From: Balanoglossus misakiensis
Taxonomy: Eukaryota; Animalia; Hemichordata
Reading direction: 5' to 3'
NCBI GenBank assembly: GCA_040954595.2
Contig: CM082597.2
Coordinates: 786,786-850,785, forward strand
Length of the DNA stretch: 64,000 nucleotides
The notes below the pieces were generated by a model. The model made no database searches. It was given only the letters and a program-made list of their open reading frames with translations, and was not told the DNA's origin. Shown here in pieces: positions 1 through 12,257 of this stretch (the first letter of the stretch is position 1; each line of letters opens with the position of its first letter). The position numbers and the translations under genes are program-made.

Positions 1-269
1 AAATTGAATAAAAAACATCTTACAACAATCTAAGCTCCCCGAGTACAAACCTCAGTTATCGGGTCGTATTCTGAAAAAACAACAACAACAAAAAGGTGTA
101 TATTAGCACATGTTTGTCATAAATAAATTTAGTTAACGAGTATAAGCTTTTGTTCTATTGTAGTGTAAGATGTCACCCGCTATGTAGTATTGTATTGTTT
201 TGTATCGCGCTCCTCTTGAATTAGAGGATGTTCATATAACTATATTTCCTATATCATTATTAAACTTAC

Positions 270-491
270 TTCCCGGTGCATATTCACACACAAAGTGCAA
301 CTTTTCTTCACAACTGACACTTCTGTACATTGAACCATCGCCAGATGTTGCCATGACAACACAGTTCTTGAAACCGGAATTATCCGGTTGGTCTTCGTCC
401 CATTTGTCGTAGCCTAACTCTGTTCCATCAGTCCACAAAAAATCTGACGTGGGTTTCAGATTATTCAAACCTATCAAATATGATGAATTTC
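270..491 (-). CDS. Mosaic lectin gene, exon 13 of those visible: C-terminal half of second C-type lectin domain (gene continues off the left edge)
   Basis: Acceptor cttcttcag, donor gtaagt (264-269), phase 1/1. Translates GNSSYLIGLNNL..FLWTDGTELGYDKWDEDQPDNSGFKNCVVM..SCEEKLHFVCE, with WIGL-like motif, QPD and CTL cysteines. Confidence 0.9.
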
Positions 492-841
492 CTGAAGAAG
501 GAACAAAACAGAATTAAACACCATGCGTTCCAATATGTGTCAGCAATCATTTCCTCAGCCCCCTAATATAAATTCATGAAAGCACTGTGAAATTCATTAT
601 TTCTCTCCAAATTTAGCAAATTAATATAAACATTTGGGATCCAGCCAATCTCATATATGTACATGGTCAGTAGAAGACAAGTACAACTTGTTTCTTTTAT
701 ACATTTACAACTTCATTATTTCATTAAATTGACGGCAACAAATAAAGTAAAGGTAATATATTAGCTAAAATGGTTTGTACAATATTGTATTGTCATTGCT
801 ATAGGGCCTAATTGTTTAATAATGAATACATGTTTACCTAC

Positions 842-1030
842 CATGCCCTGCGTTATAGGACATCCACTCGAATTCATCTAAGTTTTCTATGTCAAGCAGT
901 GACCCCCATCTTTCTGAATAACAAAATGTCATACTCTCGCCATAATTTTTCCCTTCTTCATTTCTCTCGTAGAATGCGTAACAGCGACCGTTGTGTGATA
1001 TACCACCGGGTCCACATGGATGAGTGTTGG
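842..1030 (-). CDS. Mosaic lectin gene exon 12: N-terminal half of second C-type lectin domain
   Basis: Not in the ORF track. Manual translation ANTHPCGPGGISHNGRCYAFYERNEEGKNYGESMTFCYSERWGSLLDIENLDEFEWMSYNAGH; tttgcccag acceptor, gtaggt donor, phase 1/1. Confidence 0.88.
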
Positions 1031-1189
1031 CTGGGCAAAGTAATACAATGGAAATGGTAAGTGGCCATCTACTATATGATTACTAAAAAATTATAATGGG
1101 GTAGATTGTCGATATTCATTTATGAATACCTGGTAAAAATTTAATATACATTGTAAATGGTTTTAATAATTAGTGAGGCCTATACTTAC

Positions 1190-1399
1190 CATAAACAAGA
1201 ACTTCACAAACACTAAGTGCCACACCGGAAGTAAGCTGCAGACTGACATATTGACCTTGGATGACGTCACCGCAGTGTTTCAAAATGTAGTTTCCGTTTC
1301 CTGTGTCGTCTGAGGTCACAGTTCCACACAGAGTATTCGATGCCAAAGAGGGTGCACCGCTCATACCAATGCGGATTTCTGTTCCAACAAGTGATTCTG
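1190..1399 (-). CDS. Mosaic lectin gene exon 11: C-terminal half of F-type lectin (FTP/fucolectin-like) domain
   Basis: EIRIG...LCGTV...CGDVIQGQYVSLQL...LSVCEVLVYG; tacag acceptor, gtaagt donor, phase 1/1. Confidence 0.88.
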
Positions 1400-1549
1400 C
1401 TGTAAAATTTATATAGCGTGATGAGTAATGTATTCCTGTCGAATCAACATAAGTTGAATAGTTTAGGAATGTCAAATTTACAGTCCTTTAGGGTCAAATC
1501 AGTGGTATACACTACGAAAAGAGACTACTAGATTACTGCATCATTTTAC

Positions 1550-1759
1550 CTGGCTCCGGAGCTTTGACAATGGCAACAGCTATGAGTTCGTACATTTCGC
1601 CTATATCAACAATCCACCAGGAATCTGTATCGACGCCAGTTGTTACACAGTTGCTTGTAATCACGCCGCTTGGCACTGTATCGTCTAGTGCATTTGAAGC
1701 GTCAGTATTACCAGCAGACACACTGGACTGGCTGGCGGTTTTGCCCTTCGCTAAATTAT
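1550..1759 (-). CDS. Mosaic lectin gene exon 10: N-terminal half of F-type lectin domain
   Basis: NNLAKGKTASQSS...ASNALD...CVTT...WWIVDIG, matching the NLA.GK.A.QSS and WW.VDLG signatures; phase 1/1 splice sites. Confidence 0.88.
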
Positions 1760-1950
1760 CTGTAATGAATACGTTTTACCTGTGTTAGTCAAATTGCGTT
1801 TTTGTTTTAAATCAGATGTACAAGTAATGTCACAGACATTAATCTAAGCAATAGTAATTGATAAGTGGCGGCGCGTGGATCTGTCATTTCGGAAATTTGC
1901 CACAAATTTTGTTTATGTCAGAGGTACAATGCACAATGTCACAGACTTAC

Positions 1951-2086
1951 TCGAAGGACAACCGTAGAGTTCCAAGCGTAGAGCAGGATCGCCATCAGTT
2001 ACTACTATTCGAACAGTCTGTGCAACTAATGGAGTAGACAGCTCATGGACCACTAAGATATTGTCTGCGTAGTTACCGATAAAAAC
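1951..2086 (-). CDS. Mosaic lectin gene exon 9: end of FA58C/discoidin domain
   Basis: VFIGNYADNILVVHELSTPLVAQTVRIV...ALRLELYGC, the classic FA58C C-terminus; phase 0/1. Confidence 0.9.
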
Positions 2087-2213
2087 CTGAAAAGGGCAAA
2101 GATGCATGTTTCAAACATCTCTATCATCAGGTTCCAAGTTGGATTGTAACAATTTCTTAAATTGAATATATTAGAGGTTTTTGAATGACAATTATAGTCT
2201 ATGTAGTCGTTAC

Positions 2214-2330
2214 CCTAATCGTTCCTTTTTCGGTGTAGTCTTCAAATTCGTTTCCATCAGTGCTGTATTGGACTGTGTATGCCACGGCACGATTCACCAT
2301 CCCGCCCATACCACTGCTTTGTGTACCAAC
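2214..2330 (-). CDS. Mosaic lectin gene exon 8: middle of FA58C domain
   Basis: VGTQSSGMGGMVNRAVAYTVQYSTDGNEFEDYTEKGTIR; gtcag acceptor, gtaacg donor, phase 0/0. Confidence 0.85.
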
Positions 2331-2491
2331 CTGACAAGGCAAATGGTTCACAAAGGTCACAGCGAGGTCAAGTGTCAAACCTTGGTTCTATCGTTACTTC
2401 ATGTAGACATTGTTCGTTTTGTGGTGGAAAGCCTTTGTTTTACAATGAAACAGTTACTAAATGATTGTGAACGCATGCACACAAAACTTAC

Positions 2492-2709
2492 GCCTGTAAG
2501 TACTGTCAATTCACCAAGATCAACTTGAAGCCATGTCAAAGACTCTGTCCCGTTTCCGACCCAGCCCGCAGAGGGCGTTCTTCTGTCATTTAGTCGGCCA
2601 TATTGTCCCCGTCTTCCGGTGTTATTTCCAGCAACGGACGAGGAAGTTATACGGCCATCTGGTATGCCATGATTTTCCATTCCGAGAGGCGAAAAACATG
2701 CATTTTGTC
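2492..2709 (-). CDS. Mosaic lectin gene exon 7: start of FA58C domain
   Basis: CFSPLGMENHGIPDGRITSSS...GRLN...WLQVDLGELTVLTG; phase 1/0. Confidence 0.9.
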
Positions 2710-3014
2710 CTGTTGGGAAAATAGTTCTTGTGAGCTATCGATGGCAGGTCAATGAATGACCTTCTTAGGTTTATGGATGCGTTTGTCGTTATAGATTATT
2801 CAGTTACTGGACAGGAATATATGCCAGACATGCAGTCCCTCTTCACAATGTTAATTTGTTGTGTTCTTCCTTTAATCATGGTCTGGTATTTAGCTTGTAT
2901 GCATATACGTTAGAGAACTGACCAAAAGGGTCATTCGGACATTGTCCTGCACCTTGCGTGGAACCCTTGTCTACCCATGTCAATATATATAATGTATTGA
3001 GGTAGTATACTCAC

Positions 3015-3107
3015 TCTCGCATGTCATGCCACCCCATCCAACTGGACATAGGCAACGACATGATGTCAAGTCCATTGTGCCACCATTATTACACGATCTG
3101 GGACACA
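3015..3107 (-). CDS. Mosaic lectin gene exon 6: EGF-like domain
   Basis: CPRSCNNGGTMDLTSCRCLCPVGWGGMTCE, six cysteines in an EGF-like pattern; phase 1/1, gtgagt donor. Confidence 0.88.
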
Positions 3108-3296
3108 CTAGGGAATGAGTGATATGGTAAACGGTAACAAAAACGAAGAGAGGTTTGTTGAATCAGAAATATTGCACAGGTCAGAGTCGCCACTGTTTTG
3201 GAACATAAGTGTCTTTTAGGTAGTTCATAAGTTGTCTATCAACCTATAACCGGAACATTTGTCCAAAAGTAGCAGAATAAGGAACAGTAGACCTAC

Positions 3297-3524
3297 TTAT
3301 TCTCTCATTGTAGCTTTTCTTGTTATGAAAACCAGGCGTTGAAATTGTGGCAGTAAAGTTGGAGAGTTCACAAGATGATCCGTCGTAGAGATACGATCGG
3401 CAAAAGAAATCGTTTTCATTCACACACATGAGCTTGCATGCATCCTCTGACACAGCTGCGAAAACTGCTCCAGGAAAGAATTCTATAGCAGTGTTTGGTG
3501 TTGGAGTGAACAAAGCTTCGAATT
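3297..3524 (-). CDS. Mosaic lectin gene exon 5: PAN/apple domain 2
   Basis: SEDACKLMCVNENDFFCRSYLYDGSSCELS...YNER, PAN cysteine pattern; phase 1/1. Confidence 0.85.
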
Positions 3525-3743
3525 CTGTAATGAAATACAAACGATGTACACATTGTTGAGTGTTAAATTGATGGTGCATATACAGTGACCTGATTAGTTG
3601 AAACACGAAAACTAAAGTACTACTATACCAAGTCTAAGGAGAAGCAAACTATATTTGAGATCATGGAGCAAAACAGTTTAGGGATGGTACCAGTATACCA
3701 CTCGCTTATACCAGTTCAACAGAATCCACCCTTTGTCCCTCAC

Positions 3744-3947
3744 CGTTTATTCTCTCACAGACAGCAGGATATTCAGTACTGCAATTGCTAGTACTTAAAG
3801 TGTTCGAGTATGTAGTGACACAGCTTCCATTTTCCGCTTCCGGGTCACCGGGGCTCCACCTGTCACTGTATGACAGAATGAGACCATTAGACCACATGTA
3901 GCTGCCTCGGTTTGACTTGTCCTTCAGTGCTATCCAATACTGTTGAT
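3744..3947 (-). CDS. Mosaic lectin gene exon 4: C-terminal half of first C-type lectin domain
   Basis: QYWIALKD...YMWSNG...WSPGDP...CV...NCSTEYPAVCER; phase 1/1. Confidence 0.88.
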
Positions 3948-4195
3948 CTAAAATCAAGTAAACATTTTCTCAATATTGTCACTGCCACTTTGGTTTCATA
4001 TTGTTTATCTCAAACAAGATCAAACACTCACAAAAAACAAGTGAAGGCGAAATGATTTATAACGCCAAATACAAGAGCAATCTCCCCCAGTGACGTTTGC
4101 TTGACTTCTGCAAGTACCTACTTATATCACGTACTTGAACATGTCATGATCTTTTAAAATTAGAAATTAGTCATCAATAATGTTGTCTGACGTAC

Positions 4196-4363
4196 CTCCA
4201 TTAAGGTGCATTGACAACCAGTCGAGTTCTTCAATTTCATGGAGGTTTGCAAGCTGGGCATTATGTTCTGCTTGGCAAGTCGTAGCTGCATCCGATCGTG
4301 TGAGTTTATTTGATATTATGAAGTAGCAACTTAACCCACGCCGAAAACCACCTTCACAGTCAA
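4196..4363 (-). CDS. Mosaic lectin gene exon 3: N-terminal half of first C-type lectin domain
   Basis: Manual translation DCEGGFRRGLSCYFIISNKLTRSDAATTCQAEHNAQLANLHEIEELDWL; phase 1/1. Confidence 0.88.
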
Positions 4364-4722
4364 CTGAAACCGAAACATAGATTCTGAGCTGGAATATACC
4401 CCCAGTTATGTTTCAGGGATCGGTTCTTGAGTAAAAGTACAGTTCTGTCTGTCCGTCTATGGAGTGTAATTCATGCCAAAATTAGTACGTCTGCCTGTCT
4501 GTTTGTCTGTCTGTCAGTCTACGCAAAAGACCCACATGAATGCATACATGTTAATAATATATACATCACTGATACAAACTACAGTCTTTTAATAAGCCGA
4601 CTATATCAGAAAGGATCAGTTAATTTGATTGAAATTTTCAGCTTGAAGAAATCTGAATGCCGCATTTCCGGATTTTGATGTAAAATATATTACTTGTGAT
4701 ATTAAGGTTAAATCTCACATAC

Positions 4723-4972
4723 TCTTTCGATCGGAGTGAGAAAATTGTTCGCTGTCCTGTTGAAGGTTGATACTTTCCTCTGAGAGGACCTCGTATAAAT
4801 GGCACCAGCCGTTACTATGGTAACTGAACGATAAGCAGTTTGGTGAAGTACGTTGCAGACATGCATATGCGCACTCTTCTTTGCTGAGCAGATCGATTTG
4901 CACACTTCCGGTTCCGGTGTCAAGAAACCAACCTTGTGATGAAACGAAGTTGTCCAAAATTGTTGACGACAA
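4723..4972 (-). CDS. Mosaic lectin gene exon 2: PAN/apple domain 1
   Basis: SKEECAYACLQRTSPNCLSFSYHSNGWCHLY; attttcag acceptor in phase 0, gtatgt donor in phase 1. Confidence 0.85.
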
Positions 4973-7501
4973 CTGAAAATTGAAAATAGTCCGAAATTCA
5001 ATGGTTATTTACTTTCATTATTCGACATGAACCCATGTCATGCATGTGTTTACTTTGAAAGATCTTATGCTCACTATACGGCCCATCATAAGAGAATCAC
5101 TCCAGCATTATTGGCCTCTTCTTTCTGTTGTCACATGTCTCTCTGACTAACTGAATACACAGACACGGTACAATATAAAGACTGCCGTCACCTGTCAGTG
5201 TTGTAAACTCAGGCCTGATTTGCCGCTGTCTCACAGGTTGTTTGTGGATGTGTTATTACTCTGTTGAACCAATCTGTTCAAGCACAGAATTGGAGCAACA
5301 CACCTTTATTGGAAACACAGTCTGGTTGAGTCCTTCTCCAAGTTAATGCACCGCGACAATAAACTCATGGCTGAAAAACAAGCAATCATGGCGGAGAAAA
5401 TTGCTATTGATTGATTCAGTGGTTTGAGTTGATCAATTACTGTAGCTTCAGTTATACTTTTGCAAGAATTATTTATTTAAAACGCCTGTAACACTGCCAG
5501 TTATGCCACGCCGAATAATTGTTTTAGATAAAATTTGTTTTGAGAAGTGTCAGTGCGACCTTGGTAACACACAATATACCACGATGACTATGAGTTCTTC
5601 TTTCAGTTCTAGAGTAAATATGATGTACGTGTTAGGCATCGAGTCCAAGAATAATGTTTCGTGCCAATGAGGTGATATCTCTATTGAGTGGACTGAAGAT
5701 TCAGTATTTGCACGATCGCCAGGCATTTTACTGCATCTGACAATTAAGAATGCTTCACTGACTTTAATATAGCGGTTGATATCAACGCGTCAATTTGAAG
5801 TGATACTTGTCTCCACATCTCATTGAAAGTTCCTATTGGCACTTTGATTACTACTCAAAGATGCCAAGCTGGAATACCCACTTCCGAAAGAAGCTAATAT
5901 TCCCGAAACTATTCAGCCTGAGGGTAGTAGTTATCGTTTTGAGTTTTGAATGTCTTTTCTAACCAAACCACAATAAACCAGGCCTTTCCTTTTAAACCCA
6001 AGAGTTACTAAAACTCAGTCCATCCATGTGTAAACATTGAAATGCAAATACAAAACTATAAAGATATTTATTGGGACATACACAAATTAACCAATCACAT
6101 CGAGGAGATTTTTTCCAATGGTGTCGGTTTGAGTTCAGATTCATGATGGATGCATGAGGACGCTTGACTGTATAACGCCCTCGGTTTGAACGTAGAAAGA
6201 GTTAATTCGGTGAAACGTGTTGCATTTTTATTGAAATGAGGACAAGGGTTAGAGACCTTTAGTGAAGAATTTGCCTGAATAAATCACTATGTAGAACACT
6301 ATGTTGTAAAATTGACATTAAAATAGATAGTTTCTGTAACATTAAATTTGAAGAGTTTACTATAAAGTTTTCCATCTTGATAAAAAGTGACATAAAAATG
6401 TTGGAAGCTATTTATGATTCCCAAATCCGTACTGATATGAAATAAAATGACGTCAATTCACATGCACGTTAACTTTTAACATAAACAGGCTGTTTAGTGA
6501 AAAGAGCCAGTTGATAAACTTGAGTAAAATTACCATTGACCTGATATTCGGAATACGTGAACTTCCGTTAGCAGATACAGGTTCAAATCTCTTCATATAT
6601 AACGCATCATTGTAATTCTGGGCAAAAACTTTAACGGCCCGCATTGCCTCCGAGCCAGCGTTAACTGCGATACTTCATAAACTAGGTTTGACAACTTCGT
6701 CACGTTGAATCCGGCGCCAGAACTGCAATCATATGTTAGTGTAGTGCAGATTACATTTAGTGCCTTTGCTGTCTCCTGAATATTAAAGTCTCCAACTACT
6801 CCTGGATCAAAGCACCTTTACTTTAGTTTTTAGAAACCAAAGAATTTTACTCAACCTAACTGCGTTTCACCGTGCCATAAAAGAACGGAAAAGTGTTACG
6901 AAAAACGTGTGCTAAGAATACATATGACTTCAATTGTCAAGAGACGAAATAAAAAGAAATTCGTCCGGTAAGCTATTTTCTTTTAATGCCAACTGTGAAA
7001 TCTGACAGTCCCAGGCTAATACTTTTGATGCACATTGTGAAATGACATTAACTCTGGCATTAACTCTGGCACCGCACAGAACCTTGTTGTGATCGTTGCT
7101 TGGGTAAGTCTACCATAATTACCTTCTATTCCTGGAACGAGGCTGTGTTACCATGCGCATGCTCCTGTAGTTTGTGATGGAATGGCGCGTCCCGTGGTGG
7201 TAGAGGTTCCACGACAGTAACATTTTGGTAGTCATCGGCGAACGGGAGGGTCGATCGAGTGAGTTTTCGTGTGAATGTGGGGTCCTGCACAGTTGGGACG
7301 CGTGGAACAAGTCTCTCCGCCAGGGCTCAACAGGGAGTGGTGTGTAGTGGGAATTCTCCGCGCGAAACGTGCGGCCCCATTTGCATACAGGGAGACTTTC
7401 GCGCGTTTCAGAGTTGTGCTTCTCGTCGTGTCGGTCTGTTTGCCAGAGGGATGGGGTGGGTCTTGGTCATGGGCTCTTGATCCTCCAACAGTTTTATATT
7501 C

Positions 7502-7527
7502 TGTGTGTGTGTGTGTGTGTGTGTGTG
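7502..7527. repeat. (TG)13 microsatellite
   Basis: Perfect dinucleotide run. Confidence 0.95.
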
Positions 7528-10500
7528 GCGCGGGGACGCCTGATAGCCGCATAGACGTGGTCGAGCACAGGCCCTGAAAGGGAACTTGTTTTGGCAAGTG
7601 AACTTCGTGGGGCAATGTGAATAGGCTGGTGGTATTCTATATTTTGAAAGAAGTAGGCCTACCAACAGTATATTACACTATGAAGAAAGTACAGTGTGAT
7701 TAATATTCCAATATATATAAATTTCACTGTCAGTCAGGCAATGTTTTCATGTAATAATACTCGTAAAATACGACTGGCATTGTTGCTAGCAACAGGTTTC
7801 AAATCCTCAAGGGAAGGTCCATTTAATGGGAAAGTCGTGTGGTTTTCTTCTCTTTGTCACAAGCGACGTGTGTCTTTAATTGTCTGCAGGGGAGTCCTCT
7901 TTGTATCCGACAGCAGTCTGTGATATGATGACGCTGTATATCCCGGGTTTTAACACTACTAGATTATCATTGGTAAATGGAGTCTCCCCGCTGTTCTAGT
8001 AAATGGTTTTTAGTTTGAAGTATATATCATATGGATTATCAGACGCGTTAATCATTTTAATTTGAATGCTTCGCCTATGGCCTTTGTATACAGACGTAAT
8101 AAATATAAGAGGGAAGGTGTACTCTCAGGCAAACACTGATATGGTGACGCGACATGCCAGCCAGTGAAAGCGATATCAGTAATGTGCCTGAATTTTTAAG
8201 GATAGAATGTTTTAATTTGTGAAGACATTAAGCTTCAGCAAATCTCCAATGAATAGTCCTATACCTTCTAAATTATGATTTTTTTCACTCTGTTTCTGAT
8301 ACATGCGCAGTTTGTCTTTGGTTTATTTTCATGCTAGATTTGAAAGCGTCTTCGTAGACACCGATACTTGCTTTTATATAATTGAATGGCGTTACAATGT
8401 AGTCGTTGTTAGGTTTATCACTGATTTGTGACGGTTTCTCTGTAATTGAACATTTGCCGACACGCTGCAGTTGCACACAGGAAATTATCCGGAAACGTTT
8501 CTTGCCACTTTTCCCAAATAAGTAGTAACTTGGCAGGTACACATCACTCATAATGATATCAGCTTGGAAGCATCAGCCTTCTGTGGCACCACATCGTCTG
8601 TTTGCCAGTTGTTAACTTCAAATAGGGAGACAGAGTGCAATTACACCCTGAAGCTGGGTTGGTGGATGAAATTGTTTTAATGAAACTGATACCATGGATG
8701 ATTGTAGTAAGCAGACAAGTATGTAAAACGTTTAACTCAAAACTTAATTGTATATACGGCCACATTGGATGACTCTAAATATTCCACATGTGAAAAAACA
8801 CACTTGATTAGGTGATAATGCCACTGTGTTACGCAGGGCTATCCTACAACATTTATATGTAATCTCAAATTCAACAATTCACATGGGATTCATTCTAGGG
8901 AAAAAGAAAGCAATTATGTCCGATGCAACAATATATCATCTGTAACACCCGATTATTTGCAACATAGAAAGTATCAAATATACGAATATCATATGTTGCA
9001 AATTTAATTACATTTGTGCTTTGTGTTAGACCATATGGACTGCAACACGTCAGACCTTACACCAAATAAATTCTTGATTATTTCTAACGCATATGATAAT
9101 TGGGGTTTCATGCAATAGCATGTTATGGATTAACACCCAATAAACAATAAATTCTATGGGTTTTAACACAGATGTACGTATTTCAAACTAGGGACAAGAA
9201 TTTATTATAGAGTGACATCTGTCTGAGTATAGGCGCCTGATATTCGTGTCACAGTCTTGTTTTGCTGGTGGAAAACAGTTTTCATTTACAATAATATGAT
9301 TACTGTTTGATACACCCATGTAAGGAAATTGAATGTGGTCAATTAATTTAGAAGGGAAACGTTTGCAAATCCAATATTGACTGTAGCAAGATTCGCAAAA
9401 CACGAATATTACATGGCTTTGTTGGGCAGGATACAAGACATGTGCATTCAGTTTCTATATAGATACCTTTGTCAGTTTTGACAATCATATTAGGGTACTG
9501 CAGAAGCGGTTTCAATAAAGTGTTTATGACTTTTTATAACATTCTTTACGATGAAATCTGAAAAAGGGAAAGCAAATGTAATATCTACGACTGGGAAGAA
9601 AATATGCTGTGTTTATTATTGGAGAACGCAGAGTCTTCCGAATTGACACTGTAATAAAGCGTTGGTTTGCTATATGTGGTTATTACTTGGTTCCACAGAG
9701 TCTGTGCAATATTTAAGCAATTTATATTCCTGCATAGCTGTCTTCAGCTGCGAATTAGATCCCAAACAAATCACCAAAATGGGGATGGGGGAATGAAAGT
9801 TGTCTTTCTTCCTTGTTAACAATTCCAGGATTAAATTTGCACTAGCTCAGTGTCATGCGATTGTCAAGGTCATAAAGTATATGCATGTAACAAATAAGCA
9901 ATGAATTGAACAAAGAAGGTAACAATGAAATCATACAACTAGGGAACAAAATCATATCCATTATGGACAAAGTATATCTGTACTGGTATACATTATTAAT
10001 GGTTCAATTGCACTGAATATGCAAACAGAAATGATGTATCTAGTCTATTGTAGCCCTTCTGAGCCACGGCAGGACAAAACAAACTAAAATCCGCGTATTT
10101 CAATGTGCTTACGACAACTACTGTGTTGATGATTGATAAGTTCAGATATTTTCAATTAAAGATTCAATCATAGTATTAGCCAGCTACAACCGGTGAATTA
10201 ATTGACCAGCTGGTACAACTATCACAATCATTAGAAGTCATTTTTTTCATCAAGGCACTCAACTGAAAGATAAACATCTCAAATGTGCAAGGGTAACTAC
10301 AGTTACCATGGAGATTACAAATCCAACCATCAAAGATTTTCCTTTGGGTGGCCTTACGAGCAACTAGTGGCCATTAGAAGATTTAGCCTCGCCATCCCCT
10401 TCCCCAGCTTGTGAGGACACAATTATACAGTTCAACGTGATTCAAGTGCAGGTCTACGGTTATTGTGTGATTTTTCAGCTGGATGGCAAAAGCATCAATG

Positions 10501-12179
10501 TGAAAGACGTCAGCTCTTGTCATGCATATTTGCAATTCACATAACTTCACAATTAACCGAATGCGTGAACGTGTCAGTCTCGCGCTCCTCCAATTGACGA
10601 CAACAGGGCGCTCTAAATTCGATGCGTACTACTGTTCACTCTTCAATGTATCATTGAATACAACACGAACTCTCTCCATCAAGCGTCGCGTTTCCCCCAT
10701 AAAAGCACATCAGAACTCAAGAGGATACATTATTACCCGGTGGTTTGGTACGAACATGCTAGCAATAACCGCCAAAGCGTGGGAGTTTGATATTCTTCAG
10801 CGGATATTGAGCTACACGCTTAAATGGCTGCAGCTAGATCTTCGTTAACGAGTACATTGTTACCTGCGGGCAGTTCATTTGGAAAGAAGTAATCCTTCTA
10901 TCACACCAGAACCAACGCTACCAATTACCAGACTGCAAATGTTAACGTGAGCAGAGTAGAATACTAGTATGCAGGTTTTGCAAGTTGTTTTCTATGAATC
11001 TCTGTGACTAGGTGGTATTGTCGTAGGTATTTGATTTCCATGGTACAGTTGTGTTATATGTTTCTAGTAAGAAATTTGCAGGCTTATGACAGACACTTAG
11101 CTAAGATGGGACGCCAACTGGAATGAAATACTGGACATGGAAGACGGATTTAATGGGATTGTTTGGCGTGAATGCTTCTTTAATGGAATTATTTGTACTT
11201 GCCCTTTAGATAAATGTGATCATTACCTTCCCAATTCTTATGTTTTCGAATACGTCAAATGTTCAAAGCCATGTCATAAATCACATAATATTATGTGCCA
11301 GTTTCCGCAGTTTGCACTGGAAATGGGTTAAGAGGGCACAGTGTGAGATTGAAGAATACTGATAGTTTTACTCTTAGAAATAGTTATACCCTGGTCATAA
11401 AACGTGCTTCGTTTAACGGTTGGATATGAAACGTTTCCATTTCATTCACCCGGGGAATAGAATAAGTCGAAATACACCCAACCTGTTATTCATGTTATTG
11501 CTCTACAGTGAGACGCACGACAGCACTTAACATTTACGTCGCTTGTGGGCTATGTTATATCAAAATTGCAAAATGGCACTGTTATTAGACGATGTATCTA
11601 AATCACAACATACTTGCAAATACATATTTGTAATTGATCATTTTCTTCTCATTTCGAGATATCGCGAGACGTGTGTATGTTTGAAAGCTCGTCTTTACAG
11701 ACTGTTATCCATAATGGGATCCTTGGTTTGAACATTGGAGACAAGATGAAGCGTTCATCTCTAGCATGTTTCAGCAATTTATCTGAAATTTCATCGGCAG
11801 CACCTTTTTGTTCCAGGACGGTTAGTTCTAGATGATGGCCTTGAGTTGTGATTAATTCATGAAAACAGGGCAAATCATCTTCCCATTTTATAGGCCTTGT
11901 TTTCATCACTAGAGAATTCGCTCTCACTTTTACTGTCTAATCCCCAGCGTGCAGTCCAATACAGAACCCATTTAATGCAATTAGTATTGTCACTTAGTGT
12001 GCTTATCGCAAAAATAGATCGAGACGAATTCGATCATTCTAAACTCAAACCTCGCTGCAGTTATCATTGTGCTAATACAAGTGAGAGATGGTATATTTTC
12101 TGTTTCATGATTTTTGTTTTGTTCCGTATTGTTAAATTGTGTTTGATGATCAAAACAAACAGGAAAACAAATAACTCAC

Positions 12180-12257
12180 CGAACGATGCGGTAGCAATGC
12201 TGTGGCAGCAAACACCAAAACCATCATCCTCAGCAATTTTGCCAAGGCAAACGACAT
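12180..12257 (-). CDS. Probable first coding exon (signal peptide) of the mosaic lectin gene
   Basis: MSFALAKLLRMMVLVFAATALLPHRS followed by a gtgagt donor in phase 0. This matches the phase-0 acceptor at 4972 and gives ...PHRS-LSSTILDNF; it implies a 7.2-kb first intron. Confidence 0.65.

Noticed and set aside
5192-5370. Segment with minus-strand acceptor- and donor-like sites and a Sushi-like fragment (YCRGALTWRRTQPDC)
   Set aside because: All three frames contain stops, and the gene splices in frame without it. It may be a dead or non-coding exon.
5920-6182. Possible MITE with GAGGG...CCCTC ends
   Set aside because: The inverted match is too short and no TSD is evident, so it cannot be supported without a genome search.
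7119-7665. Several overlapping 60-127 aa ORFs
   Set aside because: They are explained by high GC content and the TG microsatellite, with no recognisable domain.
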